DNA of 50,409 nucleotides, the filler included, from Dimargaris cristalligena (taxonomy: Eukaryota), in assembly GCA_003614675.1 (NCBI GenBank). It is 2 parts of 2 records of this genome, joined end to end, with 100 filler letters (N's around TTAATTAATTAA, not from the genome) between each part and the next. Parts side by side here need not be neighbours in the genome. Positions count along the whole stretch, not along the records: positions 25,265 to 50,409 come from ML002569.1; 1 more part is not named here. One strand, given 5' to 3'. Positions 45,574 through 50,409 of this stretch are shown here, one piece after another. Each line of letters begins with the position of its first letter. Positions within the stretch are counted from its first letter, which is position 1. The notes under the pieces were generated by a model. That model was given only the letters and a program-made list of their open reading frames with translations. It ran no database searches and was not told the DNA's origin. A program made the translations under genes and the position numbers.

Positions 45574-46752
45574 GTCAACCAGCGCGCCCCACCTTGGCTT
45601 TTTCCTCTGATAGCTAGCATTTCATCGTCCTTTCCGTTTGTATTTTTTTTTATTTCCATAACATGTGGTGCATCTCGGAAATCGCTTTGGTGGACATACC
45701 TCGTTGGCTATCGTGAAATAATTTGAGGTCCATTCTTATCTCTTTATCCCCCCCTCCGTTGCTTGGGGGTATATCCTCTTACATATCATAATAATCCCCT
45801 TATACAATGTTAACGTAGCAAATACAATATGTATTTAGTGAACTATTATGTTAAGAATCTAAAGTTGGATACCGTTAGTAAGTAGCCATCGTGCAGCATG
45901 GTTCATTTGCAGTAGGTTACTTTATGCCTCATCTTGAATGTTAATTTAATAAACAGGCCAATGCTGCGTAGCAATTGGGGCTACCTTAGGCGCATCCCTT
46001 ATCTTTCATTCCTAAGCATCTGAATTGGACTGGGCATTGGGAGACGCCAGCCCACTTCTTTTGATATATCGGGTAACTTTATAAGGGCCTTTGTGCGTGC
46101 ATTCAAGGGGCTCAAAGTGACACCCGGGGGACTGCGTTTGAAATCTACTGTGTGGGGGCTTTACAAATGTTGAGGAATGCATAGTGTTATAGTGTCTGTT
46201 TTCTAACTGATTTCTGCCGTTTACTAGATTTAAATTCTGGTCTCTTCCGTCTGATAGTTTAGCCTACTATAGACTATTGGGTATACCAGAAAGAGCCGCT
46301 ACCAGGAAACCCAATTACTATTACTCTAGCCTTCTATTGCCTAGTCAATAGGGGGGTTGGGGGAAAGGGGGAATTGCAGGCGGGGGGCCCTTTTACCCAG
46401 CACTATCATTGTCTGGGCTCTCCTCCCTTCTCCTTCTCCTTTAATTATAGTCACCTATACCCTCCTCGTCCTTTGGCCTGCCCATATATGTACACCTCTC
46501 CTGCGCCAGCTTTTTGTGAGCCCCGCAAGCCCTCGAGCCCCCTCCCCTCCCTGACAACGGTTAAACCCATTCCACTTGTTTTACAGGCAACCGTTTTCCA
46601 TTGACCATTACCACCTCATTCTCCCTTTTATTGCTCAGACCTTCTTTTTAATTTATCGATTGTGAGACTATATTCCCTTTTCCAACATAGTTATATCCGA
46701 ATAGTCTCTCTCCTTGGCGTTTTTATTTCCCCATTTCCTCGTCATCCCAGGC

Positions 46753-48789
46753 ATGGGATCATTCTTCCTTCGCCCTTCGCCCGCCAAGTCCCGCCAGGGC
46801 CGACGGCCAGGCCTGACCGGGCTTCTTCTGTTTGTAGCCCTCCTCCTCACCCCTTCTACAGTGGCCTTTTATCTCCCCGGTGTAGCCCCCAATGACTACC
46901 GCCTGGGTGACAAGGTCGAATTGGACGTTAACCATTTAACGGCCCAGGCCTCGTCCAACACCGACCACCGCCTCAAGTCCATCATCTCGTACGACTACTA
47001 TTTCCCTCCCTTCCACTTCTGCCGCCCCAGTGCCGAAGAGGGTGGGCCCCAGAGCAAAGCCGAATCCCTGGGGGCCATCCTATTCGGGGACCGTATCTTC
47101 AACTCGCCCTTTGACCTGCACTTCGGTCGCAACTCGTCCTGTCAGGCCTTGTGTCGCTCGGTGGTTCCCGCCCAGGATGCCAAGTTCATCAATAGCCGGA
47201 TCCAGGATAACTATATGCTCAATTGGCTCATCGACGGACTACCGGTGACTCAGGATGTGATGCTCTTTGTGGTGGACGATGGGTCGTCGTCGCCGTCGTC
47301 AACCGCGACGGCAGACCAGTCGGAGGATGGGGGCCAACAACACGCCCCCAAAACGGTGACCATTGCACCCTCAGTAGGCATTGCTCTGGGCCGGGTCGTC
47401 AATGAGCAGACCAGTTACTTCCACAACCATTACCAGATTCAAATCCACTACCACCCGGTAGATGACACCCGTAACCGCATCGTCGGAGTTACGGCCACCC
47501 CATCCAGCAAGCAAACCCCCGCTGACTTGCCCCTGGAGGCCACCGACCGGCTCTGCGACTCGGTCGAGCCTCAGGCCCTGAGCGAATCGGGCGACACATT
47601 GGTTACTTTCACTTATTCAGTCGAATGGATTCCGTCGGACATTACCTGGGGTACCCGTTGGGACGCCTACTTGTTTAACATGGACCCCCAGATCCACTGG
47701 TTCAGTCTCATTAACTCCATGGTGGTGGTCATTTTCCTGACTGGTATGATCGCTATGGTGCTGGTCCGGACCCTGCATAGGGACATTGCGCGTTACAACG
47801 CCATGGACGCCCAGGAGGACCTGCAGGAGGATTTCGGTTGGAAGCTGGTGCACGGGGACGTATTCCGTCCGCCCGCTTACGCTCGTCTGCTGTCGATTCT
47901 GGTTGGCAACGGCTGTCAGCTGTTCTACATGGCCGTCGTCACTCTGGTGTTCGCTTCGTTGGGCTTCCTGTCGCCCTCTAACCGGGGCTCTTTGGCCACT
48001 ATGATGGTCTGCTTCTACGTTCTGTTCAGTTGCGCGGCTGGCTACAATACCGCCCGGGTTTACAAGATGTTAAACGGGGCCCAGCTCAAACGGACCATTC
48101 TACTCGGGGCGTTTTTGGTGCCCTCGATTGTGTTCGCTATTGTTTTCTGTCTCAACTTGTTCTTGATCGGCTCCCACTCGTCCGGTGCCGTCCCCGGCGG
48201 CACCCTGGTGGCCGTGATTGGTCTCTGGTTCTTGGTGTCGGCCCCGCTGACCTTCGCCGGCGCCTACTTTGGCCTGCGCAAGCCTAAATTGGAGGCCCCG
48301 GTGCGGACCAACCAAATCCCCCGCCAGGTGCCCGACCAAAGCTTCTACCTCCGCCCGGTCCCGTCGGTCTTGATTGGCGGTATCCTACCCTTCGTGGCCA
48401 TTTTCCTGGAGCTTTACTTCATCCTCAACAGTATCTGGTTCCAAAAATTCTACTACCTATTCGGCTTCCTCTTCCTGGTCTTCATCATTTTGGTCATTAC
48501 CTGCGCGGAAGTGACCGTCCTGGTGTGCTATTTCCACTTGTGTGCTGAAGACTACCACTGGTGGTGGCGCTCGTTCTTCACGGCGGGAGCGTCGTCGTTT
48601 TACATTTTCCTCTACAGCGCCCTCTATTATTCGTCCCGCTTGAAGTTCACCTCATTTGTGAGCTCGGTGCTCTACTTTGGTTGGTCGTTCCTGATGTCCT
48701 TTTTATTCTTTATCATGACCGGTACCATTGGGTTTTACGCTTGCTTGTTCTTTGTGCGCAAAATCTACTCTTCCATCAAAATCGATTAG
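46753..48789 (+). CDS. EMP70: Transmembrane 9 superfamily (EMP70/TMN) protein, intronless
   Basis: AFYLPGVAP, ESLGAILFGDRIFNSP, QIHWFSLINS, GWKLVHGDVFRPP, PVRTNQIPRQVP, EDYHWWWRSF and C-terminal IYSSIKID. First in-frame ATG is at 46753. Confidence 0.93.
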   Translation: MGSFFLRPSPAKSRQGRRPGLTGLLLFVALLLTPSTVAFYLPGVAPNDYRLGDKVELDVNHLTAQASSNTDHRLKSIISYDYYFPPFHFCRPSAEEGGPQSKAESLGAILFGDRIFNSPFDLHFGRNSSCQALCRSVVPAQDAKFINSRIQDNYMLNWLIDGLPVTQDVMLFVVDDGSSSPSSTATADQSEDGGQQHAPKTVTIAPSVGIALGRVVNEQTSYFHNHYQIQIHYHPVDDTRNRIVGVTATPSSKQTPADLPLEATDRLCDSVEPQALSESGDTLVTFTYSVEWIPSDITWGTRWDAYLFNMDPQIHWFSLINSMVVVIFLTGMIAMVLVRTLHRDIARYNAMDAQEDLQEDFGWKLVHGDVFRPPAYARLLSILVGNGCQLFYMAVVTLVFASLGFLSPSNRGSLATMMVCFYVLFSCAAGYNTARVYKMLNGAQLKRTILLGAFLVPSIVFAIVFCLNLFLIGSHSSGAVPGGTLVAVIGLWFLVSAPLTFAGAYFGLRKPKLEAPVRTNQIPRQVPDQSFYLRPVPSVLIGGILPFVAIFLELYFILNSIWFQKFYYLFGFLFLVFIILVITCAEVTVLVCYFHLCAEDYHWWWRSFFTAGASSFYIFLYSALYYSSRLKFTSFVSSVLYFGWSFLMSFLFFIMTGTIGFYACLFFVRKIYSSIKID

Positions 48790-49384
48790 GGCCAGTCGCT
48801 TTGAACAACACTATTACTACCATAGTTTATTTTAGTTGAATGTTAAGTTGCCTTCTTTTCTACCAGCCTTTGCTTTTACTTGGATTTTTACTATTTTTTT
48901 TTTAAAAAAAGAAACTAAGGCAGCGGGGGATCCTCGGAGATTAGCGATGTTTTTATACACATACTCCCCTTTCTTTGGGCTCTGCTCTCATCAGAAAATT
49001 CTATAAGGGCTCATCGGTTTGGGCCTGATTTTTTATATCGACTCAATTATTTCTAAAGTTACCGTGCAGCAATCTAAACTAATAAGATATGTAAACCACA
49101 AGGCTTACCAATACCTTCAAGGTATTATGTCCGGAAAATTATACCTGAGAGTACTGCTCCATTATGGATAGAGACTTACAATGCCCACTTATTTGGCCTT
49201 TTAATGTATCTCAATTTTGCACTAGTTAAACATCCATCATTTTCTGGTAAAGACCAATTAATCGATTAATATTGGGGATTACTGTGCTGACCAGCTTACA
49301 CATTTACCCTTTATCAAGTCATTGTAGCGGGCACAGGTCAATAAAATACAACCCCGATAAATCAATAAACTGTCCACAGGGACC

Positions 49385-50409
49385 AACTAACAAGATATTG
49401 GCATTATTAGTCGGAATTTCTTTAGAGGCAGGTCAGTGTGGCAACATGCATTTACATAGCTGGGGTCTGAGACCAATTCCTAGTCGTGGAAAAGGTATGT
49501 AGTTCTGCCACACACTGTAAAGTCCACTGGGTAGTTAACACACATCAAAATTTAACGCCAAAGACCTAATCCATATGGCCAGGTCGATACTGTGGGATCT
49601 TTAGTCTGGAGAAATATTAAAATCCTAAATATATACACACATATAGCAGTGATTGGCCATCGAATCAACTTTATAGACAGAGCCGTTTCAGTGGGTAAAA
49701 AAATAAACGACTCAGTCTGGTATTACAGGCCTAAAAAGCAACTCGATAATAGGAAGAATGTCATCCTAAAAATTCGGATACATGTCGGTTGACTAACAGC
49801 CGGTCTAAATAGTTGACCCGTCTTTCCCAGCTATGTGCCTTTGGAATAATCCCGATTTTACATAGAGCATCTCCCCTGGCGGATGTCCTAAAGAGCCCAA
49901 AAAGCGCCTGTTAAGAGCCAGACTCTACATTTTCAACAGAAAATATATACTCACTATTATTTAAAGTTACTAAGTATATGTGGTGGCGCAGAGGGAAGAG
50001 TTAAGCAGACCTAAACACGCTATTCCGTGCACAAAAATATCATGGGGTTAGAGTTGTGTCACGGTGTATCAAGCCTTATTACACCTCTGTATATAGCCCT
50101 AGCTATATATCTGAGCTTTCAATATGTCCCCGTGTGGAATACCTCCTCCGTTGGGCAGTACCCATTTTCATCCCACCCTAAACCGGTGCAATTTTTCTAG
50201 TGGCGGGCTAATAGCTGGATAGCAGATACAGGGCCAAAGGAATATACAAGCTGAGTTTAGTCAGAAGTCGATGAAGACCAGCTTGGCCACTGTGGAATTA
50301 TATAGAGAAAAGTGATACAGCCCTAATTCAAGCGATAAAAATGGTACATAAGAACACAGGTTGTTGCAAGATGAACAGGGTGTACCATTAAGGTCCCTTT
50401 TAGTGGACG
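49385..50409 (+). repeat. Diverged direct copy of 20090-21155, running off the window end
   Basis: Same collinear blocks; the window ends in aggtcccttttagtggacg, identical to 21137-21155. Confidence 0.85.

Overview
Eukaryotic fungal genomic DNA with GT-AG introns and CTAAC branch points. Gene content and style fit an early-diverging fungus, possibly a Zoopagomycota/Dimargaris-like lineage, but that assignment is only inference. An assembly gap lies at 25165-25264. Recognisable genes are a bestrophin/RFP-TM channel, an S10 serine carboxypeptidase, mitofusin FZO1, a Cid1/Trf4-fold nucleotidyltransferase lacking two catalytic Asp, a 10-exon gamma-glutamyltransferase, a cold-shock-domain protein with a 9-nt micro-exon, the arginine-specific carbamoyl-phosphate synthetase small subunit (CPA1/arg-2) and an EMP70/TM9SF protein. 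Two orphan secreted proteins are also present, one with an F-box-like motif. Two CpG-depleted relic regions occur: an unidentified, internally duplicated coding relic at 1-3900 and a DD34D mariner at 23668-24800. The strongest hidden feature is an intron-split, 25-codon arginine attenuator peptide uORF (MYSHNQERNSSDYIPDQVWKSAVGF) in the CPA1 leader, invisible in the ORF track, preceded by a Gcn4/CPC-1-type TGAGTCA site. A ~1 kb non-coding region upstream of the secreted F-box-like gene recurs at the right end of the window. All exon boundaries were worked out by eye.
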